Origin: a virus | Taxonomy: Duplodnaviria > Caudoviricetes | Virus record (IMG/VR): IMGVR_UViG_3300029288_000107 | Coordinates: 1 to 64,000 of that record | Strand: one strand, 5' to 3' | Length of the DNA: 64,000 nt | Shown here: piece by piece, positions 28,484 to 37,111 of the stretch | Layout of the letters: each line of letters opens with the position of its first letter | Position numbering within the stretch: position 1 is the first letter of the stretch | Program-made: the position numbers and the translations under genes | Notes under the pieces: generated by a model | Database searches by the model: none | The model's input: only the letters and a program-made list of their open reading frames with translations | Told to the model about the DNA's origin: nothing

Positions 28484-28711
28484 GTGAGCAGGAAGCAATG
28501 GGTGGCGCGGCTGCGGTGCCTGCGGTGCGGGCATCGATGGGAGCAACCACCGGGGCCTGCTTCGCCGTTCTGGATACAGAAGGGGGCGCAAGAGGGCGAT
28601 CCGCAGAAGTACGCGGACAGGTTCTGTCCGGCGTGCGGGCACCTGTACGCGAAGTGGGAGAACTGGGCCGCGTTCGCGGGGATTGCGGACAGGGAGCGGA
28701 AGAAAAATTGA
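28484..28711 (+). CDS. zinc-ribbon protein
   Basis: CLRCGH...CPACGH. Confidence 0.55.
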   Translation: MSRKQWVARLRCLRCGHRWEQPPGPASPFWIQKGAQEGDPQKYADRFCPACGHLYAKWENWAAFAGIADRERKKN

Positions 28712-28735
28712 CACGGCCACGCTCTGTGTTATAGT
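28703..28735 (+). promoter_or_regulatory. phage sigma70-type promoter (family member 5)
   Basis: A-tract, TTGACA 28708-28713, 16 bp spacer, TG-n-TATAGT 28730-28735. Confidence 0.85.
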
Positions 28736-28778
28736 GCGAGGCAGGAACGAGCTGCGTGGGGCAGCTGAGAGGTGGGCG

Positions 28779-29276
28779 ATGACAGACGAACGGCACCTGC
28801 GGGAGATGCTGGAGGACGCGTTGGGGCGCGTGAAGCGCGAACTGGAGGCGCAGGAGCAGCTCACGGCGCAGTACAAGGCCAAGTGCGAGAGTCTGAAGGC
28901 GTGGAAGGAGAGCGCGATCGAGGTCGAGCGCGAGTGGGACGCGCAGGCCATCGCGACGATGCTGGGCGGACGGTTGGGGGACAGCTGTCGCAGGGTCGTG
29001 GCGGAGAAAGTGCCGCAGCTGATCGCCCGCGTTGAGTCCGCCGAAGCCGCGCTCGCGGAGAGGGAGCGGGAGTGCGAGCGGCTGCGGGGTGTCATGATAG
29101 TGATCGAGGAAGCGTCCGCCAATTGCTCGTGTGAGCATGAGTTGGAATGCGCCGCCTATCGCTTCTCGCACACAATGGCACGACCTGAGTGTGTGAAAAA
29201 TCATCCGGAGTGGGCGGCACAGTTGGACGCGGCCCGCGCCGTTCTCGCCGCCGCAGACGAGGTGAAGCATGGGTGA
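28779..29276 (+). CDS. mosaic coiled-coil protein sharing blocks with 14128-15354
   Basis: AALAERERECERLR and LAAAD ending. Confidence 0.65.
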   Translation: MTDERHLREMLEDALGRVKRELEAQEQLTAQYKAKCESLKAWKESAIEVEREWDAQAIATMLGGRLGDSCRRVVAEKVPQLIARVESAEAALAERERECERLRGVMIVIEEASANCSCEHELECAAYRFSHTMARPECVKNHPEWAAQLDAARAVLAAADEVKHG

Positions 29277-29565
29277 CACGTTCTGGATGATCGTCACGAG
29301 CTGCATCCTGTGCGCGTGGGTCGCCACGGCGGGGATCTGTCTGGAACGAGCCATCAAGCGGTCGACGGCGCTCGTGCGTGCCAGGCTGAGGATCGAAGAT
29401 CTCGAAGCAGACCTCGAAGAGGTGCTGTCGTACGTCCGCGACGACGCCTACTGCCCGTGCTGCGGGGACAATGGTCCGGAGCATGGTGACGGTTGCGAGC
29501 ACCGGGACGAGCGCATGGACAAGGCGCGGGCCGTGCTGGCCGACTTCGGCGAGGTGGGATCATGA
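29269..29565 (+). CDS. membrane-anchored hypothetical protein
   Basis: N-terminal TM; CPCCG. Confidence 0.55.
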   Translation: MGDTFWMIVTSCILCAWVATAGICLERAIKRSTALVRARLRIEDLEADLEEVLSYVRDDAYCPCCGDNGPEHGDGCEHRDERMDKARAVLADFGEVGS

Positions 29566-29843
29566 AGGTGGAGCTGCGCAGCGACGAGAACCCCAGGTGG
29601 GCGTGCTGCCGGGCGGCGATCGGGCGGGAGCCGCTCGGTTGGGAGTTCATGATCTGGAACGGGCGTCGTTGGGTAGACTACGCACGTGAGAACGGAATAC
29701 AGAGACCGGCGCGCATCGGGATCTGCGACGAGGTGTTCCGGATCGGATGGGACAAGGGCAAGACGTCGGCAGAGATCCATGCGGAGTACAACGCGTGGTT
29801 GGTTGCGGCGGTGGAGGCTGGCCGGTTCGGAGGGTTGGACTGA
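29562..29843 (+). CDS. hypothetical protein
   Basis: ATGA overlap. Confidence 0.55.
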   Translation: MKVELRSDENPRWACCRAAIGREPLGWEFMIWNGRRWVDYARENGIQRPARIGICDEVFRIGWDKGKTSAEIHAEYNAWLVAAVEAGRFGGLD

Positions 29844-29873
29844 GGCGCACGCGCGTGCGTTGGGAGGTGAGGG

Positions 29874-30971
29874 ATGAAAAGCGTGACGGATATGCTTGAT
29901 GGTCTGTACGGGAAGTCAGAGGGTGGGATGTCGGGAGGGTTCAAGACCGGCGACATCGTGCAGATGAAGAGCGACACGGATCCGGAGTTGTGCTGGCGGC
30001 TGGACGAGTTGCTGGGTCCGCAGTCCTTCCACGCGGTCCGGATGGACGGCGTCGGCGGAGGGTGGGTGTATATCGACAACATGCGGCACGTGGATCCGGG
30101 GTTCCGGGTCGGGGACATCGTGCGAGCCATGGCGCCAGCTGGCAGCGCCGAGTGGTGTGTTGGTCTGAGCGGACGTGTCACCAGTGTTGGGGAGCAAGAA
30201 GTTTGTGTGAACTTCACCCAACCGAACGACGGAATAGAGATTGGAGTTAATTACTGCGGTCGTCTGGAGCGGTTGCAGCTGGTGCGGCGCCGCGTGGTGG
30301 CGTCGTGGACTCCGAAGATCGGAGATCGCGTGCGGGTCAAGGACGATGCGAAGTGCGCGGATCTGTTGAAGCGGTGTCGCGGTACGGTTGGGGTCGTCAG
30401 TGCGATTTCAGACGGAGTGTACGTCTGTCACTGTGGATACGATGCTCCAAATGCGGTGTTCGAGTCGTGGTGGTGGGCTGTTGACTCGGTAACTCCGGTC
30501 AGCGAGGTGCGGGTGTCGGAGGATTCTCGCGGCATGTGCACGATTCGCGCGGTGGGCATGACGGATGCGCAGGTGTACGGGGCGGCGCGCCTGCCGCGTG
30601 AGACCTGGAGTGCGGACATCGTGCTGGCGGATGGAAGATCGGTGACGCTGCCGGGGCCGGACCCGACGCGGTGGGAGCTGGTGGAGGAGCGTCCGTGCGC
30701 GGAGGTGCGGCAGGCGTGGGCGCGCAGCAACGATCAGGTGGTCATCGCGGATCCGAGCGGGGACGTGATGAAGGGGGAGACGTTTCCGGTACGCCACGAC
30801 GAGGGGTTGTGCTGGTTGACGGACATGGCGCGCATCGTGAACGAGACGCGGCGCCTGAGCGCCTTCGACGTGCGCTACACCCACGTGACGCGGCTGCGGC
30901 ATTGGCGGGAGCGCAGGGTGGTGGAGGAGCGCTACAGTGGCTGCGAGAGCATCCTGTCGTGCCTGTGGTGA
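29874..30971 (+). CDS. protein with three tandem SH3/KOW-like modules
   Basis: FKTGDIVQM, FRVGDIVRA, PKIGDRVRV. Confidence 0.6.
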   Translation: MKSVTDMLDGLYGKSEGGMSGGFKTGDIVQMKSDTDPELCWRLDELLGPQSFHAVRMDGVGGGWVYIDNMRHVDPGFRVGDIVRAMAPAGSAEWCVGLSGRVTSVGEQEVCVNFTQPNDGIEIGVNYCGRLERLQLVRRRVVASWTPKIGDRVRVKDDAKCADLLKRCRGTVGVVSAISDGVYVCHCGYDAPNAVFESWWWAVDSVTPVSEVRVSEDSRGMCTIRAVGMTDAQVYGAARLPRETWSADIVLADGRSVTLPGPDPTRWELVEERPCAEVRQAWARSNDQVVIADPSGDVMKGETFPVRHDEGLCWLTDMARIVNETRRLSAFDVRYTHVTRLRHWRERRVVEERYSGCESILSCLW

Positions 30972-30981
30972 GGAGGGCGTC

Positions 30982-31161
30982 GTGAGCAGCGACAACGACA
31001 AGAAGAAGCGCAGCGACAAGCGCGCGCTGGACGAGTTGAGTGACGGCATCGAGGAGGTGGAGCCGGTGCAGCGGGTGGTGCCGGTCTGGAAGCCGAAGCT
31101 GGGCGACCTCTTCGATCTGAAGAAGGGCACGCGGAAGGAGAATCATGGGAAGGGCACGTGA
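30982..31161 (+). CDS. hypothetical protein
   Basis: GAGGAGG RBS, GTG start. Confidence 0.5.
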   Translation: MSSDNDKKKRSDKRALDELSDGIEEVEPVQRVVPVWKPKLGDLFDLKKGTRKENHGKGT

Positions 31162-31375
31162 GCGGGGCACGCGGGAGGAGCGGATCGCGCAGTCGATCGA
31201 TCGGGACCGGGCGGACAAGGCGGCGCGGGCAGCGGCGGAGCAGGCGCGCTGGGACGCGTTGACGACGGAGCAGCAGGAGGCCGAGGTGGCGGAGCGGCGA
31301 CGGCGCAAGGAATCGCGGAAGACGATGCTCGCATTGACGGCGATGGTTGCCGCTGCGGCGAGCGAGGAGGTCTAA
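31145..31375 (+). CDS. Arg-rich hypothetical protein
   Basis: MGRARERGTREERIAQ. Confidence 0.55.
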   Translation: MGRARERGTREERIAQSIDRDRADKAARAAAEQARWDALTTEQQEAEVAERRRRKESRKTMLALTAMVAAAASEEV

Positions 31376-31376
31376 G

Positions 31377-31727
31377 ATGCGGCACTGGGAGAGCATGGGG
31401 GGCGAGCCGATCAGCGGGACGAGGGCGGACGCCAACCGGGAGCTGTGGTTGAAGATCTTTGAGATGTCCATGGTGGTGGGCAGCGAGGACACGCGCGCGT
31501 TCCTGAGCGCCTACGGCGAGCGCGCGCAGGCCGCGATCCTGGCGGCGGACGGGATGTGTTGGGAGTGGAACTGCAAGGACTGCCCGCTATCGTACCGCAG
31601 CCGGTGGAGCAAGCGGAGTCGGATCGCGTGGGTGGGGGACAGCGAGTCGTGCAGCGCCAAGAAGGCCATGGCGGTGTACGCGCGCATGATCAAGAAGCTG
31701 GGCAAGAAGCCGGAGGGAAGATCATGA
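31377..31727 (+). CDS. hypothetical protein sharing a C-terminal block with 22644-22979
   Basis: AMAVYARMIKKLG. Confidence 0.65.
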   Translation: MRHWESMGGEPISGTRADANRELWLKIFEMSMVVGSEDTRAFLSAYGERAQAAILAADGMCWEWNCKDCPLSYRSRWSKRSRIAWVGDSESCSAKKAMAVYARMIKKLGKKPEGRS

Positions 31728-32023
31728 AGAAGAAGCCGGTGGCGCGGCTGGGCCGTCCGCCCAAGGGCGCCGTGAACGTGGAGAGGCTGCTGAAGAACGG
31801 CAAGTGGATCAAGGACGACGGCAAGCCGGGCGTGGCGTTCAGCGGGCAGAGGAAGCTCACAGGGAAAGGGTGCAGCGACATGCCGTTCCCGTTCGCGTGG
31901 GCCAACTTCGATATCGAACATGACTGGGACGCGTGCGCGCGAGAAGCGATGAGTTACACCTGCCGTCGGTTCGGGGGAGCGAACGGTGAGCAGTTCGTGG
32001 TGCCGAGGAAGCGGAAGAAATAA
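31724..32023 (+). CDS. basic hypothetical protein with AT-hook-like GRPPK
   Basis: ARLGRPPKG. Confidence 0.55.
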   Translation: MKKKPVARLGRPPKGAVNVERLLKNGKWIKDDGKPGVAFSGQRKLTGKGCSDMPFPFAWANFDIEHDWDACAREAMSYTCRRFGGANGEQFVVPRKRKK

Positions 32024-32024
32024 G

Positions 32025-32052
32025 TTGACACGGCGCGGAGTCGTGTTACAGT
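32025..32052 (+). promoter_or_regulatory. phage sigma70-type promoter (family member 6)
   Basis: TTGACA 32025-32030, 16 bp spacer, TG-n-TACAGT 32047-32052. Confidence 0.85.
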
Positions 32053-32089
32053 TGGGGTTGCGAGGGGCGCCTGCGAGGGGCGCGCGGAG

Positions 32090-33244
32090 GTGCGGATGGG
32101 ACGTGGGCGGCGGCTGGGCCCGCTGAAGAAGGACAGGGGCAAGGTGCTGCGCGGGGACGACGGCCGGTCGTACCGCATCACGCAGATCCTGGCGTGCCTG
32201 CGGACCGGGTCGCGTCGGTGCGACGGCATCGTGCACCGCGTCGGGCGGATCAGCTTCAGCGGCAGGGCCTTCGATGTGCTGCCGCGCGCGAAGTTTCAGC
32301 ACTGCACCTCGAAGTTCTTCCCGGGCGAGGTGCCGTGGGAGGAGCGCACGGTGCAGGCTGGGATGCGCAGCGGGATGACACAGGCCGCTGCGGTGGCGGC
32401 GGTGAGGCAGGTGTACGAGGCGGACAAACGAGCCGTGGAGGCCGTTGTGGAGGCGCCCATGGAGGGGCGCGAGGAGGACGGGATGAACGCGACGAAGAAG
32501 GTGGTGCGGGCGGTGCGGTTCAACAACGAGAAGAACGGGCCGATGCTGCTGGACGCGGTGCGGGTGCACCAGCGGGACACGGGCAAGAAGCTCATGTTCG
32601 ACAACTTCTGGCCCAGCTTCGCGCAGTACGCGGAGCAGAGCGCGCTGCTGAAGAAGTACGGGGGCGACGCGAACTGCTGGCGCGGCCGCTACAACAACGC
32701 GGCGTACCGGTTCAGCCCCGAGGGCGAGGTGATGCGCCAGCAGGCGGACCGCGTGCGCGCCGTGGCCAAGCAGCAGGGCATCAGAGTGCAGGCCCTCATC
32801 GACATCATGGGGGGCAACGCGGGCGCGGCGGACGCGCAGCTCACGGCCACGCGGCCGTGGGAGGACGGCATGCTGGCCGCGCTGGCGGGCGCGTTGAAGG
32901 TGGACGTGGCGTACCTGCGGGACGGGACGTCGGTCGCGGCGCGGCAGACCACGCTAGCCGACCTGCGGGGGCCGTCGGAGGAGGCGCAGCGGGCCACGAA
33001 GCCGGTCGTGGAGGCGGTGCAGCATGCGCAGGTCCGTGCGAACGCCGACGCGGAGGAGCTGCGGATCCTGCGCAAGATCATCGGTGGCATGGGGCGGCTG
33101 GCGGACAACGGGTTCGACATGCCGAACCTCATAGTGCGGGCGGCGGTGCAGCAGGCGCGTGGCGCCGACCCCTTCATCGGCATGGTCGAGGCGCTGGTGA
33201 ACAACCGGCCGGGTCAGGTGTTGACGGAGGACGGGAGGCGGTAG
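32090..33244 (+). CDS. multidomain protein with an XRE-like HTH region (candidate regulator)
   Basis: DRVRAVAKQQGI..QAL...LAALAGALKVDVAYLRDG; start uncertain. Confidence 0.55.
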   Translation: MRMGRGRRLGPLKKDRGKVLRGDDGRSYRITQILACLRTGSRRCDGIVHRVGRISFSGRAFDVLPRAKFQHCTSKFFPGEVPWEERTVQAGMRSGMTQAAAVAAVRQVYEADKRAVEAVVEAPMEGREEDGMNATKKVVRAVRFNNEKNGPMLLDAVRVHQRDTGKKLMFDNFWPSFAQYAEQSALLKKYGGDANCWRGRYNNAAYRFSPEGEVMRQQADRVRAVAKQQGIRVQALIDIMGGNAGAADAQLTATRPWEDGMLAALAGALKVDVAYLRDGTSVAARQTTLADLRGPSEEAQRATKPVVEAVQHAQVRANADAEELRILRKIIGGMGRLADNGFDMPNLIVRAAVQQARGADPFIGMVEALVNNRPGQVLTEDGRR

Positions 33245-33246
33245 CG

Positions 33247-33705
33247 ATGGACGGGAAGATGATCGAGGCGGGATCGCGGTGGGCGGAGGTGGAGCGCACG
33301 GAGGACGGCCGGGTGATCCTGCGCGGCGACATCGTGTGCTGCGACGTGCCCAACCACAACGGGCGGATCTACCCGCGCGCGGTGATGGAAGCGGCCGTGG
33401 TGAAGGCGCAGGAGTCCATCCAGCGGGGATCCTTCTTCGCGGTGATCCCGGACGATCGCTACGGACGCGTTCACTTGGCCGACGTGGCGGGGCGGGTGCG
33501 GGCGCTGGCCGTGGGGGAGCGCGTGCGGGGAGACGTCGAGATGCTCGACACGGACCGGGGCAAGAGCATCCGCGTGCTGATGGATGCGGGGAAGCCGGTG
33601 CGCCTCTACCTGCGCGGCAGGGGATCGCTCCGGGAGGTGGACGGCGTGCAGGTCGTGCAGGACGACTTTGTGTTCGACGGCGTCGGCATCACGGCGGAGG
33701 AGTAG
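33247..33705 (+). CDS. T4 gp21-like prohead protease paralog, probably inactive
   Basis: PNHNGRIYP, GDVEMLDT.RGK, RGRGS, VQDDF; LDHP and SSRG motifs lost. Confidence 0.7.
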   Translation: MDGKMIEAGSRWAEVERTEDGRVILRGDIVCCDVPNHNGRIYPRAVMEAAVVKAQESIQRGSFFAVIPDDRYGRVHLADVAGRVRALAVGERVRGDVEMLDTDRGKSIRVLMDAGKPVRLYLRGRGSLREVDGVQVVQDDFVFDGVGITAEE

Positions 33706-33717
33706 AAGGAGGAGCTG

Positions 33718-33945
33718 ATGGGTGTGGTGCGGGTGAACGTCGGGGATCTGACCGCCGGAGAGTCCATGCAGCGGCTGCGGACGGTGCGCGGGCAGTACCA
33801 GGAGCGCTGGTTGATGCAGCACGTGAGCGCGGCCACGGAGGACCTGTTTGTCCCGTACTGGCGGTGCGCGTTCTGCGACGCGCACGTGAAGGCGGATCGC
33901 GAGCGCTGCGGCGAGTGCGGGGCCTCGCGGCCGGGGAGGGTGTGA
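33718..33945 (+). CDS. zinc-finger hypothetical protein
   Basis: WRCAFC...RCGECGA. Confidence 0.55.
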   Translation: MGVVRVNVGDLTAGESMQRLRTVRGQYQERWLMQHVSAATEDLFVPYWRCAFCDAHVKADRERCGECGASRPGRV

Positions 33946-34163
33946 TGGCAACGTGGCGCGTGAGCGTGGCCGTGTACCGCGTGGTGGAGCAGGCGGTGGT
34001 GGAGGTCGACGTTGGCGAGGGCGTCGGGGGCGGCCTGCTGACGGAGGCAGTGGTGGAGCGGATGGCGCGCGAGGTGGCGTTCAAGAAGGCGGTGGCTGGC
34101 GACGTGACGTTTGAGAAGCGGACCGGGGCACCGTTCGTAGTGATGGTGATGGCGGTGGAGTGA
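33945..34163 (+). CDS. hypothetical protein
   Basis: TGATG overlap. Confidence 0.5.
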   Translation: MATWRVSVAVYRVVEQAVVEVDVGEGVGGGLLTEAVVERMAREVAFKKAVAGDVTFEKRTGAPFVVMVMAVE

Positions 34164-34177
34164 AAGGGAGGCGAAGG

Positions 34178-34570
34178 ATGAGTGAAGACCAGATCGTGAA
34201 GTTCGATCCCGCGCAGTTCGCGTCGCAGCTCAAGGACAAGATCCGGCTGGACATCGCGCAGTTCCTGCCGGAGGACGAGTGGAAGCGGCTGATCGAGGCG
34301 GAGGTGAAGGGCTTCCTGGAGGGGCGGTGGGAGAAGGAAGACTACTATCGAGACCGTCAGAGGTACTACCCCAGCGGGTTGCGTCTCGCGGTGTTGGCCG
34401 TCATGGAGGCGGAGACGACGCGGTTCGTGAAGGAGTACATGGGGCAGTACCAGAACTACGGCGGCCAGGTGGCGAACAAGGTGGACGAAGTCATCGCCCA
34501 AAACATAGAGGGGCTGGTCCGGGCAGCGCTGGGGCCGTTCTTGCAGCGCGTGTTCAACGGGCAGCTGTAG
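34178..34570 (+). CDS. hypothetical protein
   Basis: GGAGG RBS. Confidence 0.65.
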   Translation: MSEDQIVKFDPAQFASQLKDKIRLDIAQFLPEDEWKRLIEAEVKGFLEGRWEKEDYYRDRQRYYPSGLRLAVLAVMEAETTRFVKEYMGQYQNYGGQVANKVDEVIAQNIEGLVRAALGPFLQRVFNGQL

Positions 34571-34578
34571 GGGGATTC

Positions 34579-35025
34579 ATGGACTGCACGGCGTGTAGCA
34601 GGGAGGGGACGATCGAGTGCATCGCGTGCTTGCGGGAGCAGCTGGAGAAGGCGGAGCGCGAGATCGAGGAGGTGCGGTCGGCGGTGTGCGCCGACGACAC
34701 CGAGACGACCGTGGAGGCCGCGCTGCACCTGGCGCAGGCGGCGGAGAAGAAGGGGCAGGAGGTGGCGTTTGCGGCGGCGCTGCGGGTTGGTCCGAACGAC
34801 ATCGTGCTCGTGCGTCCGAACCTAGGAGACCTGCCTCCTCACGTGCAGCGGCACCACATGCGGCGGGTGCGGACGGACCTGCTGGAGCTGCTGGAGCGGG
34901 AGGGCGTGCGGCACAGTGGCGTGATCATGCTGGCGCCCGGTTGGGAGCTGTCGGCGGTGTCGCGCGAGCAGCTGCGGGCCCTGCTGGACGGTGCACGCGC
35001 GTGCGCGACAGAGGAGGACGCATGA
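34579..35025 (+). CDS. hypothetical protein
   Basis: CTAC...CIAC followed by a coiled coil. Confidence 0.55.
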   Translation: MDCTACSREGTIECIACLREQLEKAEREIEEVRSAVCADDTETTVEAALHLAQAAEKKGQEVAFAAALRVGPNDIVLVRPNLGDLPPHVQRHHMRRVRTDLLELLEREGVRHSGVIMLAPGWELSAVSREQLRALLDGARACATEEDA

Positions 35026-35288
35026 GGCACCGGACGGCAGCTGGGCGGCGGGATCACCACGCGAAGCAGCGGGTGCGCAAGCAGAGGTATCGGGCGTGGG
35101 AGGCGGAGTACGCGTCGTTCCTGGAGGGGTTGGGGGCCGATCGTGCGACACGCAAGCAAATGTACCGGTTCAGACACATCGCGCGGCCGATCGTGCGGCG
35201 CTGTTTCGACGGCGAGTTGATGCGGGAGATGTTCGGGGTGGAGGTGCGGATCGCGCAGGACGCGATGGTGAGCACGGCGGGCGCGTAG
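35022..35288 (+). CDS. Arg-rich hypothetical protein (may extend through TAG to 35333)
   Basis: ATGA overlap; the in-frame continuation ends in TGA overlapping the next ATG. Confidence 0.55.
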   Translation: MRHRTAAGRRDHHAKQRVRKQRYRAWEAEYASFLEGLGADRATRKQMYRFRHIARPIVRRCFDGELMREMFGVEVRIAQDAMVSTAGA

Positions 35289-35332
35289 GCCCTGCCGAAG
35301 CTGGCCGAGATGGTCGGCGGAGGGGAGACTTG

Positions 35333-35686
35333 ATGGGCTACGAGGCGACGACAGAGGTGACTGCGGAGCAGGTCTTCGCGTGGGCGCAGGAGGACATGGC
35401 GGCGCAGCGGAAGGAGCAGGGGGAGTTCCTCTATCTCCGACGCGGGTACTGCGGCCTCCTCCACGTGAGGGAGGATGGCCACGTCGATGCGGCGCAGGAC
35501 GCGGTGTACTCGCACGGCTACCGGGTGGTCTTCTGGCGGTTCGAGGACGGGCGGCCCCGCGAGGTCTGCGCGGTGGAGAAGGCGGACGCGGCGGAGCGCG
35601 CGCACTGGGGCAAGCCTGCGCCGGAACGGAAGCCGGGGCCGTACGTGTGCTCGCGGATGCGGGCCGCACAAGGGGAGGAGCCATGA
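35333..35686 (+). CDS. hypothetical protein
   Basis: GGAG RBS; packed ORF. Confidence 0.55.
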   Translation: MGYEATTEVTAEQVFAWAQEDMAAQRKEQGEFLYLRRGYCGLLHVREDGHVDAAQDAVYSHGYRVVFWRFEDGRPREVCAVEKADAAERAHWGKPAPERKPGPYVCSRMRAAQGEEP

Positions 35687-36051
35687 CGCGGCAGGAGGAG
35701 CTGGTGTGGGCGGCGGCCTGGGCGCTGGGGCTGCATGAGACGGACAGCGGGTACTCGTTGACGCAGCGGCGGAAGCACGCGCGGGCGAAAGCGGCCATCG
35801 CAGTGGGAGCGTTGCGGGAGGAGGCGGACGACCCCATGGTGCGGGAATCGGACGATTGGGCCGAAGAGATGCTGCGCCAGATGGCGGGGGAGCCGAACTG
35901 CTTCACCAGGAGACGACCGGATCCGCAGCGGGGGGCCGTTTACATCATGTGTCAGCACCCGCAGGTCGAGGCAGCGGATCACTGCCATCGGTGCGCGGCG
36001 TTCGGTGGCTGGCCGGAGGAGGAAAGCGATGGCGCTTCTGATAATGGATGA
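35683..36051 (+). CDS. hypothetical protein, similar to 36839-37111
   Basis: E.VWAAA...MLRQMAGE. Confidence 0.6.
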   Translation: MTRQEELVWAAAWALGLHETDSGYSLTQRRKHARAKAAIAVGALREEADDPMVRESDDWAEEMLRQMAGEPNCFTRRRPDPQRGAVYIMCQHPQVEAADHCHRCAAFGGWPEEESDGASDNG

Positions 36052-36247
36052 CAAGCCGGTGTCGGTGATACTCGACGAGGCAGTCCTCGTGAGTCGTGTG
36101 CTGAAGGAAGCCGGGCACGTCACGATGGCGGGCACCGTTGATGCCGTCGTGCGGCTGGCGCGCGATCTGGTTCACGGGGAGGAGTTGCGGCGGGGATCCG
36201 CCGAGCAGGCCGAGATGATGGAGAGGCTGGCAAGGGTGAAGTCATGA
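36029..36247 (+). CDS. hypothetical protein
   Basis: GGAGGAGG RBS. Confidence 0.5.
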   Translation: MALLIMDDKPVSVILDEAVLVSRVLKEAGHVTMAGTVDAVVRLARDLVHGEELRRGSAEQAEMMERLARVKS

Positions 36248-36645
36248 TGGACATGAAGCGGTTGGGGGCGATGCGGGCGGCTCTGTACGGGCCCGGGGCG
36301 GGCAGGACCACGGCGGCGCTGGCGGAGGCGCTGGATCGGCTGTGGAGCTTGCAGGGGGATCCGGCGGTGCTGGTCTTCGTGGGGTGCGGGCCGACGACGA
36401 TGATCCCGTCCTGGAAGGAGGACGCGCGCACGGTGGCGGAGGCCATGGGCATGGTCGTCACGGGGGAGCGCAGGGATGCGCTGGTGATCGGGCCGTGGAA
36501 TCGCGAGCTACGGTTCGTGACGGCGCGCCAGTTCCTGCACGGGATCGAGGGGCGGGGGCGCAACTGGGGAGGGCGCCGGGAGCCGTCCTTCGTGGCGGAC
36601 CCGGGCGTGCTGGAGCTGCTGTGGCGGCTGCGGAGGAAGGCATGA
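36244..36645 (+). CDS. hypothetical protein with degenerate P-loop-like GPGAGRTT
   Basis: ATGA overlap. Confidence 0.5.
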   Translation: MMDMKRLGAMRAALYGPGAGRTTAALAEALDRLWSLQGDPAVLVFVGCGPTTMIPSWKEDARTVAEAMGMVVTGERRDALVIGPWNRELRFVTARQFLHGIEGRGRNWGGRREPSFVADPGVLELLWRLRRKA

Positions 36646-36842
36646 GGCTGGCCAAGGTGCAGTTCCCAGCGGTGTACGTCGAGTACGCGCCGGAATACCC
36701 GTTCAAGGAGGGCGACGTGGTGCTGCTGTTGGGGGAGATCGAGAACATGCCGGGGCACCTAGTGGTGGCGCTGATGGACGGACGCGTGCTGTTCGGGTTC
36801 CACCCGGAGCTGTTCCGGGTGCTGACGGAGGACGAGACATGA
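36642..36842 (+). CDS. hypothetical protein
   Basis: LGEIENMPGH.VV motif. Confidence 0.6.
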   Translation: MRLAKVQFPAVYVEYAPEYPFKEGDVVLLLGEIENMPGHLVVALMDGRVLFGFHPELFRVLTEDET

Positions 36843-37111
36843 TCCTGAGCCAAGGAGAGATGAAGGTGTGGGCGGCGGCGTTCGTGGAGGCGTACCACCG
36901 GCAGATGCGAAACATCATCTTTGAAAATCCCAAGGCGGCTACCCACGACGAGCAGGAGGTCCATCGGAAGACGCGCGGGAGGGCGATCATCGATGCGTGG
37001 GGGATCGTGATGGAGATGCGGAAGGCGGAGTAGGAGACGCGGGCCACCTTCAATCCAGACGGCGACCGGCACATCCAGATGCTCCGCGCCATGCTGGGGG
37101 ACGATGGTTAG
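36839..37111 (+). pseudogene. hypothetical gene with an internal amber codon at 37031-37033
   Basis: The in-frame continuation ETRATFNPDGDRHIQMLRAMLGDDG ends at TAG 37109-37111, abutting ATG 37112. Confidence 0.55.
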
